Below are positions 1 through 11,474 of a stretch of DNA of 64,000 nt, one piece after another. Within the stretch, counting starts at the first letter, position 1. Each line of letters opens with the position of its first letter. The position numbers and the translations under genes were made by a program. The DNA is taken from NCBI RefSeq assembly GCF_001194135.2, contig NC_068982.1, forward strand, positions 60,065,555 to 60,129,554, given 5' to 3'. The notes below the pieces were generated by a model, which searched no databases, was not told the DNA's origin, and saw nothing but the letters and a program-made list of their open reading frames with translations. The DNA comes from Octopus bimaculoides (taxonomy: Eukaryota).

Positions 1-968
1 AAGACACCTGTTTCTGTATTACTCAAAGTGGAAATATTTCTAGAGAATCTTAGATAGCCAAGATTACTGGAATAATATTAACATCGCTGTCTTTGAAGAA
101 AGTTATTTATTTTTTTTATTGATGCTGGCATTCCCAAGAGAGTGTCAAAGAATTTTAAACTGTGTCGGGTAACCTCATCATGTTCATCAAATTAGTTTCA
201 TTTGTCTTCAGAGATATAAAATCTCTTAAATTAAATCCCACTTAACTTTAAATGAAAACTCTAAGAGATTCAAACACACTGCCAATGAAATTGCTGTGTG
301 TGTGTGTGTGTGTGTGTGTGCACGTGTGTGCGCCTGTGCGTGTGTGTGTGTGTGTGCACGTGTGCATGTGCATGCACACATGCATCTGCTTTGTGTATAC
401 ACTTTAATATTCAGCCATGTCCGATGATTGTAAAATTACCGTTACACACTTGGAAAGTTCTTCAGCATGAAACCATTGGGTAACATGAATAAGTTATGAG
501 ACTGATTTATTTACAATGCTGTATAAATATGTGTGTGTGTATGTATATATATATATATATATATGAGGAATTTAGGTCAAGGTAAATCTCATCACTGGTC
601 ACAGAGTTACAAGATTTTCCATGGTTTCTTCTACCAAAATTGATGGGTGTTGTCCTTTTTTCAAGCAAAAAATGTTTTAAATTTATTAATGATGATGATT
701 ATTCACATGACTTTTCAACTGCTAGCATTTTCTTTCCCTTTTCTCACCTTGATATATTACTTAACTACTCTTCTGATAATGGATTCACCTAAGGATTTAA
801 CTAAGGATGCACCTGAGGAAGAACTGATTCAAATGGATTTAACTGAATCCTCCTACCCTCCTGAACATATTAAACCACAATGAATATTATTAAAGAGGAT
901 CTTTCTTTCTACTATCTATCATACATTTCTTTATACAATTCTCTAATGACAGAATCCCCATTTTATAG

Positions 969-1029
969 AGTCTTTGATTGATATAACGATCCAATAACCA
1001 AGATATCCTAGAAACAGCTGTCAGAGACT
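969..1029 (+). ncRNA. Degenerate hammerhead ribozyme relic
   Basis: GAAA-CAGCTG-TC at 1011-1022 (palindrome ACAGCTGT, GUC site). AGTCT at 969-973 pairs with AGAGACT at 1023-1029. GATAT/ATATC is a stem II remnant. The CUGANGA core is damaged (TTGATTGA). Confidence 0.3.
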
Positions 1030-1141
1030 ATCTCTACTATCTTTACCAGTTTTGTATTATTTTACTATTTTTAGATTGAATTAAATAAATCTAAATGTCA
1101 TAGTCCTTCCTTGACTAATTGTGTCTTCCTCACTACTTTGA

Positions 1142-1186
<45 letters not shown>

Positions 1187-1457
1187 ATAATAAGGGTAGA
1201 AAATTTAGGGAAATATACTACCGGTGGCCAGCATGCATAATAAAGTCAATAGACAACATTTTTCATATAAATACGAATGGACACATGTTCCATCCGTACA
1301 CATTATAATTTTGAAGACCTTTGATATGTAGTTTTAATTCTTATTATTATTTGCTGCTGATTGCAGCAGCACTTGCGCGGTGGATTTGAAAAATTTTAAT
1401 GTATACAGATGGCGCACATGTGTTTTCAGTGTTGCATAAATATGCATTAATTTTAGC

Positions 1458-1529
1458 GCCCTTACTGAAGAAGCATGGAAGGCAAATTAATTTATTTGCA
1501 CATTGATGCTGAAACTCGAGTATAAGGGT
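1458..1529 (+). ncRNA. Type I hammerhead ribozyme, intact core, palindromic helix III
   Basis: Stem I GCCCUUA(1458-64)/UAAGGGU(1523-29). Core CUGAAGA 1465-71. Stem II AGCAU(1472-76)/AUGCU(1506-10) with inner hairpin GCAAAU/AUUUGC. GAAA 1511-14. Helix III palindrome ACUCGAGU. Predicted cleavage after GUA at 1522. Confidence 0.85.
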
Positions 1530-2043
1530 AACTATTGAAATGTTTTTATTTTTCATTCCCTTTGAAATTACTCTTATTCGTGGTTTGGGCTTTAACTGCC
1601 CCTTCCAGCATGTAAGGTGTCCTGTTAAAGGTCACCTCTTTTGTGTATAAAAACATACACTAATATATATATATATATATATATAAACAATATATGAGTA
1701 TATGCATATATATGTACATGTATGTATATACCTTCATCCACATGTACATATAGATACATAACTGGGTACATGACGTGGCAAAAGAACATGGACAAAATGG
1801 TAAACAAGGTGTAACAAACAAGCAGGCCACCATTAAAACCCCGGCGTTTCGAAGAATTAAGGCAGTACGCATCGTTAAAATGGTTCTTCCCACGAACACA
1901 AATTAAATTGTTTTCGTAGAGGGCAGTGGCAGACGGAAAACAAGACAGGAAAACGAAACGGTGAAATAAACGAACAAAAAGGCTGTACAGCCAGACGTGA
2001 AGTGCGTATGTATTGAACGCACACACACACACAACACACACAA

Positions 2044-2194
2044 CAGGCTTCATTCAGTTTCTGTCTACCAAATCCACTCACAAGGTTTTGGTCAGCTCAA
2101 ATTTATTATAGAAGACACTTGCCCAAGGTGCCATGCAGTGTGATTGAATGCAGAACCATGTAGTTGGAAAGCAAACTTCTTACCACACAGCCAC
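2044..2194 (-). mobile_element. SINE family A, tRNA-derived head only
   Basis: Reverse complement of the GTGGCTGTGTGGTAAG...GAAACTGAAAGAAGCC head seen in full copies. Confidence 0.8.
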
Positions 2195-2437
2195 ACATAC
2201 AGACACACAGCATAGTAACTAAATGTGATTCACAAATACATTGTTCCAGACATATCATACATGCTTCTGGCTGATATCACGCAATGCATAACATATAGTG
2301 GTTTGAGCTAACAAGGGTAGATTTCTCTGTGGCCACTTAACCTGCTCAAGAAATAGCAACCAAATCTCCTTCAAACCATACTATCTCAGTAAAAGATATG
2401 CTGGCTAATGTGCAGCTGCATTCCCAGAACAGATGGA

Positions 2438-2625
2438 AGGTGGCAAGCTGGCAGAAACATTAGCACGCCGGGTGTAATGTTTAGCGGTATTTCATCTGTC
2501 TTTACGTTCTGAGTTCAAATTCTGCTGAGGTCGACTTTGTCTTTCATCCTTTTGGGTTCAATAAATTAAGTACCAGTTGCGTACTGGAGTCAATCTAATC
2601 GACTGGCCCCCTCCCTCCCCAGGCC
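2438..2625 (+). mobile_element. SINE family B (tRNA-derived)
   Basis: GGCAAGCTGGCAGAAAC...GTTCTGAGTTCAAATTC (B box)...TAAGTACCAG; homologous copies recur in the window. Confidence 0.75.
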
Positions 2626-3129
2626 TTACGAGCTTCTGTCAAACCGTCCAACCTATGCCAACAAGGAAAATGAACGTAAAATGATGATAAAGGCATTGAT
2701 CAGCCTGGTGATACAGTAGTAGATGCTTGGTCAAAGGTACTACACAGAGACACTGAATCCAAAGTTATGTGGTTTTAACTAGAACTTCTTAACCATACTA
2801 CCATAAATATGGCCAATGAACCAACGTCTGTATACATGTGTGTTTATACGTGTTTCTTAACACCCCTATAATGAAGTAATTCAGTAACAAGAGCTAGTAG
2901 AATACAACTTAATAAATACTAGGTTTCACTGGTTTCAATAAACCCTTCAAGGCAGCGTCCCAACTTAGCTGCCGTCCAATGACTGAAACGTGTATGTATA
3001 TATATCATCATCATCATCATCATTTAATGCCCATTGTCCATATATATATATTACTATCTTTTATATATATATATATATAAATATATATATATAAAATTGA
3101 GAATGTATGTGTGTGTGTGTGTGTGTGTG

Positions 3130-3390
3130 TGAATCCCTAAAACTTCAGAACTACACAACCAATTTCATTCAAATTTTACACATGCCTTACTTAGGGTCCC
3201 GGTTGTGTTTTAGTCAAAAAAAAAATTTTAACTTCTTGCATACTTCCAGCCCACAGCAACATCATATCTCCTCCACTATTTAAGTATTACGTGTCAAAAG
3301 TGAAACAAAAACACTCATGTCATTCGAACCGGAATCTCAAAAACATTGTCCCCTTACATCTCATTCAAGTACCACGACAGGCAAATAAAG
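3130..3390 (+). mobile_element. Probable Helitron/Helentron-like non-autonomous repeat following a (TG)n tract
   Basis: CCAATTTCATTCAAATTTTACACA-type body directly after the microsatellite; family assigned by resemblance only. Confidence 0.3.
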
Positions 3391-3559
3391 ATTACTTGTA
3401 TATATGTAAATATATATATCCCTCTCTTGCTCTTTTTCTCTCTCTTTCTCTGGCTAGGTAACCATGTACCTCATCTACAGTAAGACACCTATTTTTGTCT
3501 CTCTGTCTCACTATAACCTTTCATCATCTGACAAAAGATCCCCTCCTCCAATGGCCCCT

Positions 3560-3888
3560 CACCTCTCTTGCAAGTTACTTGGTGACCCTGACATTGCTGG
3601 TGCCATGTAAAAAGCATTCAGTCCTCACTGTAAAGTGGCTGGCATTTGGAAGGGCATCCAGACATAAAAGTTGTGCCAAAACTGAGCTCACTGGTGCTGG
3701 GGCCATGTAAAAAGCACCCAGTCCACTCTGTGGGATGATTGGGGTTAGGAAGGGCATCCAGACATAAAAACTGTGCCAAAACAGATACAGAAGTTTGGTA
3801 CAGGCTTCTGCCTGGCCAGTTCCTGTCAAACCATCCAACCCATGCCAGCATGGAAGGCAGATGTTAAACGCCGATGATGATGATGATA
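3560..3888 (+). mobile_element. RTE LINE 3' end with an internal ~100-bp tandem duplication and (GAT)n tail
   Basis: GGAAGGGCATCCAG occurs twice; ends CCAACCCATGCCAGCATGGAAGGCAGATGTTAAAC(GAT)n, matching the LINE 3' end at 37471-37528. Confidence 0.7.
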
Positions 3889-3944
3889 TATGAATGTGTG
3901 TGCGTGTGCGTGTGTGTGTGTGTGTCTGTGTGTGTGTGTGTGTG

Positions 3945-4135
3945 TGCATGCATCCTGTCTTCACACCTCACAATAGTTGCAAATGCGCATTAGTGCCTTA
4001 CAAGTGTAAGACACTAATTTCCTTGTAAACATGGTTGGCAACAGGAAAGGCATCTGGCTATAGAGAATCTGTCTTAATGGAATCCATTTGGCATAGACAA
4101 GCATGGAAAAGTGTATGTTAAAATGGCAAGATGTT
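3945..4135 (+). mobile_element. SINE body C (RTE-like 3' tail)
   Basis: GGTTGGCAACAGGAAAGGGCATCTGGCTATAG...GCATGGAAAAG...GTTAAA. Confidence 0.6.
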
Positions 4136-5311
4136 CATAAAAATAAGTGTGTGCATTGTGTGTGTGTGTGTGTGAGTGTGTGTGTTCATTTATTGTAAGT
4201 AATAATGAATCAATAAATGGTTGTGCCTGTACATTGAGGAAAGCATTTGATCTGTGCATACTCAATACCCTGCTACTTCCCCGCTTCCCCAACCTATATC
4301 TTGCTGCACTTCCCCCTATATTCTTACAAATCATTATACTCGGTTAAGGAGGCAGGGAGTACTTCAAATCTATTGATATCTGATGCATCCCTTCCTCTAT
4401 TTACCTTCTGGTACTCCTCACCACAACTCCCTCTCCTTAAGGTCACTCTTTCATTGACATCCATCATTCTCTGTCCATCACCATCTCAGATAATCCTCAT
4501 CCATGCTCTCCCTTACAGTTCACATTACTATGCCCTTCTATACAGCTTCCTAATCTTCCCTACCCCTTCCCTAGTTCTCTCATTCATGATATCCATCACT
4601 CTTAAAACTGACCATTTCTACAGTTATCCATTCCTTACTCTCTTCTTCATCTGCAAGCATGTAGCTGCTATTTACCCTATGCCACTACATTTCTCCTTGT
4701 TACAATCTTATTTTAGCACTGCCTCTCTCATCTCCCCCATATTCAAATACCATCACCCCTGTCACTTTGTTTAGTCCGTCATATGCTCCTTTTTTTCTAC
4801 CTTTCACCCTAGTTCATTTTTTGCAGTCACCGTTTCTTAACTGCCCTTTTGGATTTATTATTTTGAATGAAGAGAGACAAACTAGAAAAGAGAAGATCCC
4901 AGCAACAGATACCTTACAAGTGATGGCTCTATAATAAAGGACATTCAGTACACTTTGTGAAGTGGTTGACAAACAAAAATATAGACATCATTGATTTCAA
5001 AGTAATGTCAGTCTTGCCTTCTTGAAGATGTGACAAATCTCTGGTACTGATGCTTTGCTGCAATGAATGCAAAGTGATCTACAACTGTTCTTGGGAGAGC
5101 AGTAAATTCAAATGAGATCCTACTTAAACAATGACAAATTGTCCCACCCAGGCCAACACGGAAAGTGAATTTGAAATGATTATTTGATATTTGATCACAC
5201 TCATATGTGTGTGTATGTGAGTTCTTTAGTTTCTCTTAGCCATCACAGTCATACCTATCACTTTATCTAGTTATCTATTTCTTTAAATCTCTCTCTCTCT
5301 NNNNNNNNNNN

Positions 5312-5371
<60 letters not shown>

Positions 5372-5440
5372 ACACAAAAGAAAAAGAGAAAGATTGATAT
5401 ATCTATTAGAGAGAAAGAGATGGATATCTATATATATGTC

Positions 5441-5510
<70 letters not shown>

Positions 5511-8362
5511 TATTACACCCACATGTACTGTATATTTACATACATACATATATACATACATACATACATGCAAGAAATTTTCACTGAGAAGACTTCTTGT
5601 GAATAAAATAAATAAATTTAAATTGGTTGCAAAACTTTTGATAACACCTGTGTTTGAAAATAAAAATATTTGAAAATATTCAAGCAATTGGCAAACATGT
5701 CTTTCTCTCTATAGACACACACATACACATACACACACACACACAAACACACTCACTCACACACACATATATATTTATACACATTTTAATCTTTTATTTT
5801 TTTTTAATTATTTTTTTTCTTTGTTGATACTGTTATTTTTATCTCACAATCAAAGTGACAAACACAATATGTTTATGTGTTGAAGAGCAGGGAGAAGGAG
5901 GGTGAGGTGGGGTTGGTGGTGGNNNNNNNNNNNNNNNNNNNNNNNNNTGGTGGGGGGGGGGGACACCGATGTCTGTTTCAATGATATAGGTTTTTACTTG
6001 AAAGTGCAATTTAATACAACAATTCCTACTGTGTTATCCAATATCTGTTGTTACACATCAGCAACAACACAAAGAAAACTATAGTTAGAGACTAAAATGA
6101 AAATTGACACTTAAATTTTTAGCATCTAATATTTCTTATATGATGCATTTTTATGCTTGCATTGCCAACAAATAATTCAAATGAATTAGCATTTTATTTT
6201 TATTTTTATTTCATTTTGTTTCCCTCTATTCTTTTTTCATTTTTTACTTTTATTTATTTTTATTTTTTCATACATGCTTTTCCTGTTCATCAATAAGAAT
6301 ATAAAATGTCATAGCCAAACTTGATTCAATACATCCTCCAGTCCTAATTACCAACTGTGCTTAGCTACTAATGTTGTCAGCCAAAGAATTTACCAGGATT
6401 CAATCATATCAGCGGCAACATTAAATTTCAAATTTCAACTCAATAACTAGGATTTTTCTGTTGTTTTCTTTTTATTATATTCTCTCTTTCTCTTCTTTGT
6501 ATACATATACATGTCTCTCCCCATTCTCTGTCTTTCTCTCCTTCACACACACATACACACATATATATACACACACTCACACTGTTGTTGTTGCTGAAAC
6601 AACTACAATAATTTTTCCCTTTCATCTATTTGTAGAGATCATAAAACAAATAGCTATATATTAATTTCAAAATTTCAAAAAGATCTAAAATGATACCTTT
6701 ATGTGACTACAAGTACAGGAAGGAGGGGGAAGAGCTTACAAAAATCGTTTTTTCCTATTGAAAATTGTATCTCTTTCATTTTCACTCATGGCCATCAGGG
6801 ATTTTTATTTGATATTTTCAGAAAGCAATGATTCTGAAGTGAAAATCAAGTTTAAATGATGACTGCCAGAGGGTAAGATTTCAAAATAGGCTGTTTCAAT
6901 GCTTCAGTTTTTCTTGATATGCAATTGTTTTTCTGCATTAATGTTACTTTGTATATTACATACTAAGTAAAGTATTGTTTTTAGCTACAAATGTAGCCAA
7001 TATGTGTTTATATTAGTATTACTATTTGGTATAGTTCAAAACTAAAAGTGAAGATTTAATGTTTGGTAAAGCAGAATTTACAAGCCGAAAGTTCACAAGA
7101 CTAACATAGCTGATAGTCATAATCATCAGTATTGTATATAACATTGTATTTATTTTTGTGGCTGTAGTTATTGTCATTATCAATGGCATACAACATACCA
7201 TATCATTACAATCATTATGAATATGATTAAGTTTAGCATTACCACCATTGTCACCAAAACTATTTCTCTTCTCCATCACAATATCACAATGTTCATTATT
7301 TCCATTCTAATCAAATCAGATTGTCTCTCATTTTTCACTCCCAAAAACATCCTATTTTTTTTCTTTCTTTCTTTTTTTTTTTTTGTTATTACATTCTCCT
7401 AATTATTCAACATTGACATGAAGTGGTAGTCATTAAGCAGCTAACAATGAAATTTCCTATACATTTCAACTTAAAACATTATTATTTTTGAAACAGAGAA
7501 AATTCTTGCTGTTACTTTTCAGAAAATATGTAATGATGAAATATAATACTCTTCCCGATTGCATTGCTGCTCAGTTTTGTAACTGCATTTAATGTGTATT
7601 CTTATCTGAACCTTATTCCAGCTGGGGGTTGATTACACTTATATGGGAATCACTCTGCTTCAGGGCATTCTGCTCCAGCATCTTATAGCTAGCCATCTTC
7701 CCTGCCAACAATCAAACTACCATTCATCCATATTATCTGAATAGGCTAAAAACTTCCAGTCTCAATGCCTAAGACATTTTTGTCTCCCCAAATGTTTGAA
7801 TTAAGGATTCTTAAAGATGCCTCAAGAAAAAAATTCCCTTCTCATTTTGTTCTATTATAACCCCTGTGGGCCCTATTTTTGTTTTTATTTATAAGGCAGT
7901 TTAAAAAATACAAATGCTAAAATATTTCAGAAGTTTTCCTGGAAGAAGAAGGTAATCTTTTTTTAATGAATTGGCCGTTGGGCAGGTGAAGTTTGAAACA
8001 GTAAATTGTTATGGTATGAAGTTTTAGCAAAAAAAAAATGAAATGAATTTTCATAATGGTTACAGTAATATTATCATGAATGGAAGAAATGCTGGCATGA
8101 CCATAACCTTTACAGCATTGGATCTTACCATGAATCAAGTTATTAATGTATTTACCCAATAGTGAGTGTGCAGATAAAGAAAAAATATCACCAAGGTGGA
8201 GAAACTAATCTCGATACCACAAGTTGTCAGCTGGTCTCTTCATCAAAAGTAAATGTTTTTCACCAGAGCAAACTATTTAATAGAACACTTATATGTAGGG
8301 GCAACCACAGAAGTTACAAATTATTATATAAACAGAAAGTATGTTTATATTATCACCAGCAT

Positions 8363-8536
8363 ATAGGCGCAGGAGTGGCTGTGTGGTAAGTAGCTTGCTT
8401 ACCAACCATATGGTCCCGGGTTCAGTCCCACTGCATGGCACCTTGGGAAAGTGTCTCCTACTATAGCCTCGGGCTGACCAAAGCCTTATGAGTGGATTTA
8501 GTAGACGGAAACTGAAAGAAGTCCGTCGTATATATG

Positions 8537-8573
<37 letters not shown>

Positions 8574-8793
8574 ATGTGTGTTTGTGTGTCTGTTTGTCCC
8601 CCCACCATCGCTTGACAACCGATGCTGGTGTGTTTGCGTCCCCGTAACTTAGCGGTTTGGCAAAAAGAGACCCGAGGGAATAAGTACTTGGCTTACAAAG
8701 AATAAGTCCTGGGGTTGATTTGCTCGACTAAAGGTGATGCTCCAGCATGACCGCAGTCAAGTGACTGAAACAAGTAAAAGAGTAAAAGAGTAA
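8363..8793 (+). mobile_element. SINE family A, full length (tRNA head, TA/TG microsatellite, body A, GTAAAAGA tail)
   Basis: A box TGTGTGGTAAG, B box GGTTCAGTCCC, internal microsatellite, (AGTAAAAG)n tail; highly similar to more than 10 other copies. Confidence 0.9.
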
Positions 8794-8804
8794 AGAGCAT
8801 TGTC

Positions 8805-9000
8805 ATCATTTTAACATTTACTTTACATGCTTGCATGGCTCAGATGAAATTTACCAGAATTTTCTACAGCCAAATATTCTTCTTGTCCCTAATTCTCATG
8901 TTTCAAAGCAAAGTACTATTTCTCTATGGCTAGACATGTTACTGTGGAAGATTGGAAATGAGGGACACTTTCTGTAAGATGGTGACACATATTTACAACT
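8805..9000 (-). mobile_element. SINE body C (RTE-like tail)
   Basis: Reverse complement of the body C motif with a CATCAT tail. Confidence 0.55.
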
Positions 9001-9146
9001 ACGGTACAATGTCTGAAGGAGACAGACACATACACAATAAATATATATGGTAAATAAAAGGAATTGAAGAACAAACACAAGAAAAAAACGTGAGGACACG
9101 GTACATGCAAAGTATTAACAGACGCTCAGGGAAGGAAAGAAAAGTA

Positions 9147-9181
9147 GTTTTACATTTTGAGCAAAGCTCTTGGTCAGAAAC
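9147..9181 (-). ncRNA. Degenerate minimal hammerhead ribozyme (Penelope type)
   Basis: Minus strand reads GUUU-CUGACCA-A-GAGC-UUU-GCUC-AAAA-UGUA-AAAC. Stems I and II are perfect; three core lesions, two of them CpG-decay type. Confidence 0.55.
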
Positions 9182-9968
9182 AGGAGACAGAGGAAGGTCC
9201 AAGAGAAAAAGAAGATGGAGGAAAAGAATCGCCAACGATCCACATGTGGTTACATTTTGAAATGACTGGAAGGGAATGGGTGAAGGAAAAGTTCTTTCTA
9301 AGACAGGAGAGTGTAAGAGAAGGCGGTATCTGTGCATATGTGTGTGTGTGTGTGTGTTGGTATGTGGTGTTCCCTGTTTATGTGTATGTGTCAGTGAACT
9401 TTGTGTCTCTTAATGCTGTAGGAAGAATTCAGCAGCATGGTAACATGAGTGGTGGTTTTTGTGTAGTTCTGTGTCTCTTCACCTATGCATAGAGGAATGG
9501 TCAGTAGAAAGGTGTTTGACTGGCAGTTTGAAGTATGTGCTTGTGTGTGTATGTATGTATGTATGCATTTCAGTTCTTGCCTATTACATGCACTCACAGT
9601 TTTAGTCAGGCCTGAGTTATAGTAGAAAACACTGGCCCAAGATGTTTCTGAGTGGGACTGAACCCAAAACCACATGACTGGAAAGCAAAGCTCTAACCAT
9701 CACATCCATGCCAGCATCTATTTATATCCTACTCATTACTATGATCAAGTTATATCTCTTGATATTTACTTTTACAAACTGATTGTCATTGACTTTTATG
9801 TTAATCCTTCAGATCACTGCTTTGGTGACTCATCATCAATCAAGATACAGTTACAACAAAACCACAAGCCTGCAAAATCCAAATTTCATCACTTGGAAAT
9901 TAATAAAATTAACTTTGTCATAAAATAAAAAGAAAAAATCAAAATGAATCCTAAAGAAGAAAGCCTAA

Positions 9969-10187
9969 CCCTCTAACATTCAGATTACTCTGTCAAATGT
10001 ATTGCTTATTTATTCACATTGTTTTGATTTAATCATACATTATCACATAGCTTCAAAGTTTTGATGATGTGATTGTATACTTTTAGGGGACATTGTTGGG
10101 TATGTGTGAGAGGCCAGATGTGGTCATTTTGAACATAAAATAGGTAGAATATTTTGACTGTATATGGCTGACTTCAATGCTAAAGGG
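9969..10187. mobile_element. piggyBac-type MITE
   Basis: TIRs CCCTCTAACATTCA / TCAATGCTAAAGGG; flanks CTAA and TTAA. Confidence 0.7.
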
Positions 10188-10317
10188 TTAATATTTTTTT
10201 TTAATAAGCTGGGATAAGCAAGCAACCAGCTTCAATATATATGTATATAAATATATTAATACATTATATATACATAATGTATATATACGCAAATATATAT
10301 ATAAGAGATATATATAT

Positions 10318-10750
10318 GGGCTAAGGTATGACTGTGTGGTAAGAAGCTTACTTCCTAACCACATGGTTCCAGGTTCAGTCCCACTGTATGGCATCTTGGG
10401 AAAGTGTCTTCAACTATAGGCTTGGGCAAACAAAAGCCTTGTGAGTGGATTTGGTAGACAGAAACTGAAAGAAGCCCATTGTGTATATATATATATATAT
10501 ATATATAAACAGATATATATATATATATATGTGCGTGTATCTGTGTCTTCCCCCCCCCCAACTACCCACCATCACCTGAAAACCAATGTTGATGTGTTTG
10601 CGTCTCCGTAACTTAGCAGTGTGGCAAAAGAGACCAATAGAATAAGTACTAGGTTTATGAAGAATAAGTCCTGGAGTTGATTTCTTCGACTAAAAGCTCT
10701 TTAAGGCGGTGCTCCAGCATGGCTGCAGTCAAATGACTGAAACAAAAGAA
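10318..10750 (+). mobile_element. SINE family A, full length
   Basis: Head, microsatellite, body A and tail all align to 8363-8793. Confidence 0.85.
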
Positions 10751-10826
10751 TGAACTATTGTTTTCTATACTGTTAACAATATACATAGATAACAGTCACT
10801 ATCTTCACTTAGTCCTACATCATCAT

Positions 10827-11436
10827 TATTTGCTTGATTTATTCGTTACCAGGAAAAGCAATTCAACATATCCATGCACTAAACCTTCTCAAAATACTAT
10901 TTAATTTTCAATGACATAATTAATTGATATGAACTCATTAAAATATATAGGCGTAGGAGTGGCTGTGTGGTAAGTAGCTTGCTTACCAACCACATGGTTC
11001 CAGGTTCAGTCCCACTGTGTGGCACGTTGTGCAAGTATCTTCTACTATAGCCTCAGGCCAACCAAAGCCTTGTGAGTGGATTTGGTAGACGGAAACTGAA
11101 AGAAGCCCATCGTATATATGTATATATATGTGTGCGTGCATGCTTGTGCGTCTATGTTTGTCCCCCCCAACATCACTGGACATCCGATGCTGGTGTGTTT
11201 ACGTCTCTGTAACTTAGTGGTTCAGCAAAAGAGAACGATAGAATAAGTACTAGGCTTACAAAGAATAAGTCCTGGGGTTGATTTGCCACAGTCAAATGAC
11301 TGAAACAAGTAAAGAGAGTATTTGCTTGATTTATTAGTAACCAAAAATAGCAATTAAACATAACCATACACTAAACCTTCTCAAAATACTATTTAATTTT
11401 CAATGACATAATTAATTGATATGAACTCATTAAAAT
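10827..11436 (+). repeat. 118-bp direct duplication (10827-10944 / 11319-11436) flanking a SINE
   Basis: Hand alignment is ungapped, with 8 mismatches all in the first 50 nt. Confidence 0.9.
10947..11318 (+). mobile_element. SINE family A with a small 3' deletion
   Basis: Starts ATAGGCGTAGGAGTGGCTGTGTGG; ends GAAACAAGTAAAGAGAG. Confidence 0.9.
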
Positions 11437-11474
11437 TCTCATTTATTTTTCATTTTATTTATTTTTTATAACAA

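Noticed and set aside
647-883. 78-aa ORF ending in an acidic stretch (DSPKDLTKDAPEEELIQMDLTES)
   Set aside because: No recognisable domain or splice context; probably part of a decayed repeat next to the hammerhead relic.
1830-1935. Minus-strand CCCT-CTACGA...TTCGAAACGCC-GGGG hammerhead-like arrangement
   Set aside because: G5 is missing, U16.1 is changed and there is no clean stem II, so it was not counted.
4247-4774. 175-aa plus ORF, and an NRFEVL motif on the minus strand
   Set aside because: The ORF reflects C/T skew. One short LINE-ORF1-like motif is not enough to call an element.
6822-6872. 51-nt segment with good acceptor and GTAAGA donor
   Set aside because: Stop codons in all three frames.
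8162-8389. 75-aa ORF with possible splice sites
   Set aside because: No recognisable homology, and its 3' end runs into a SINE.
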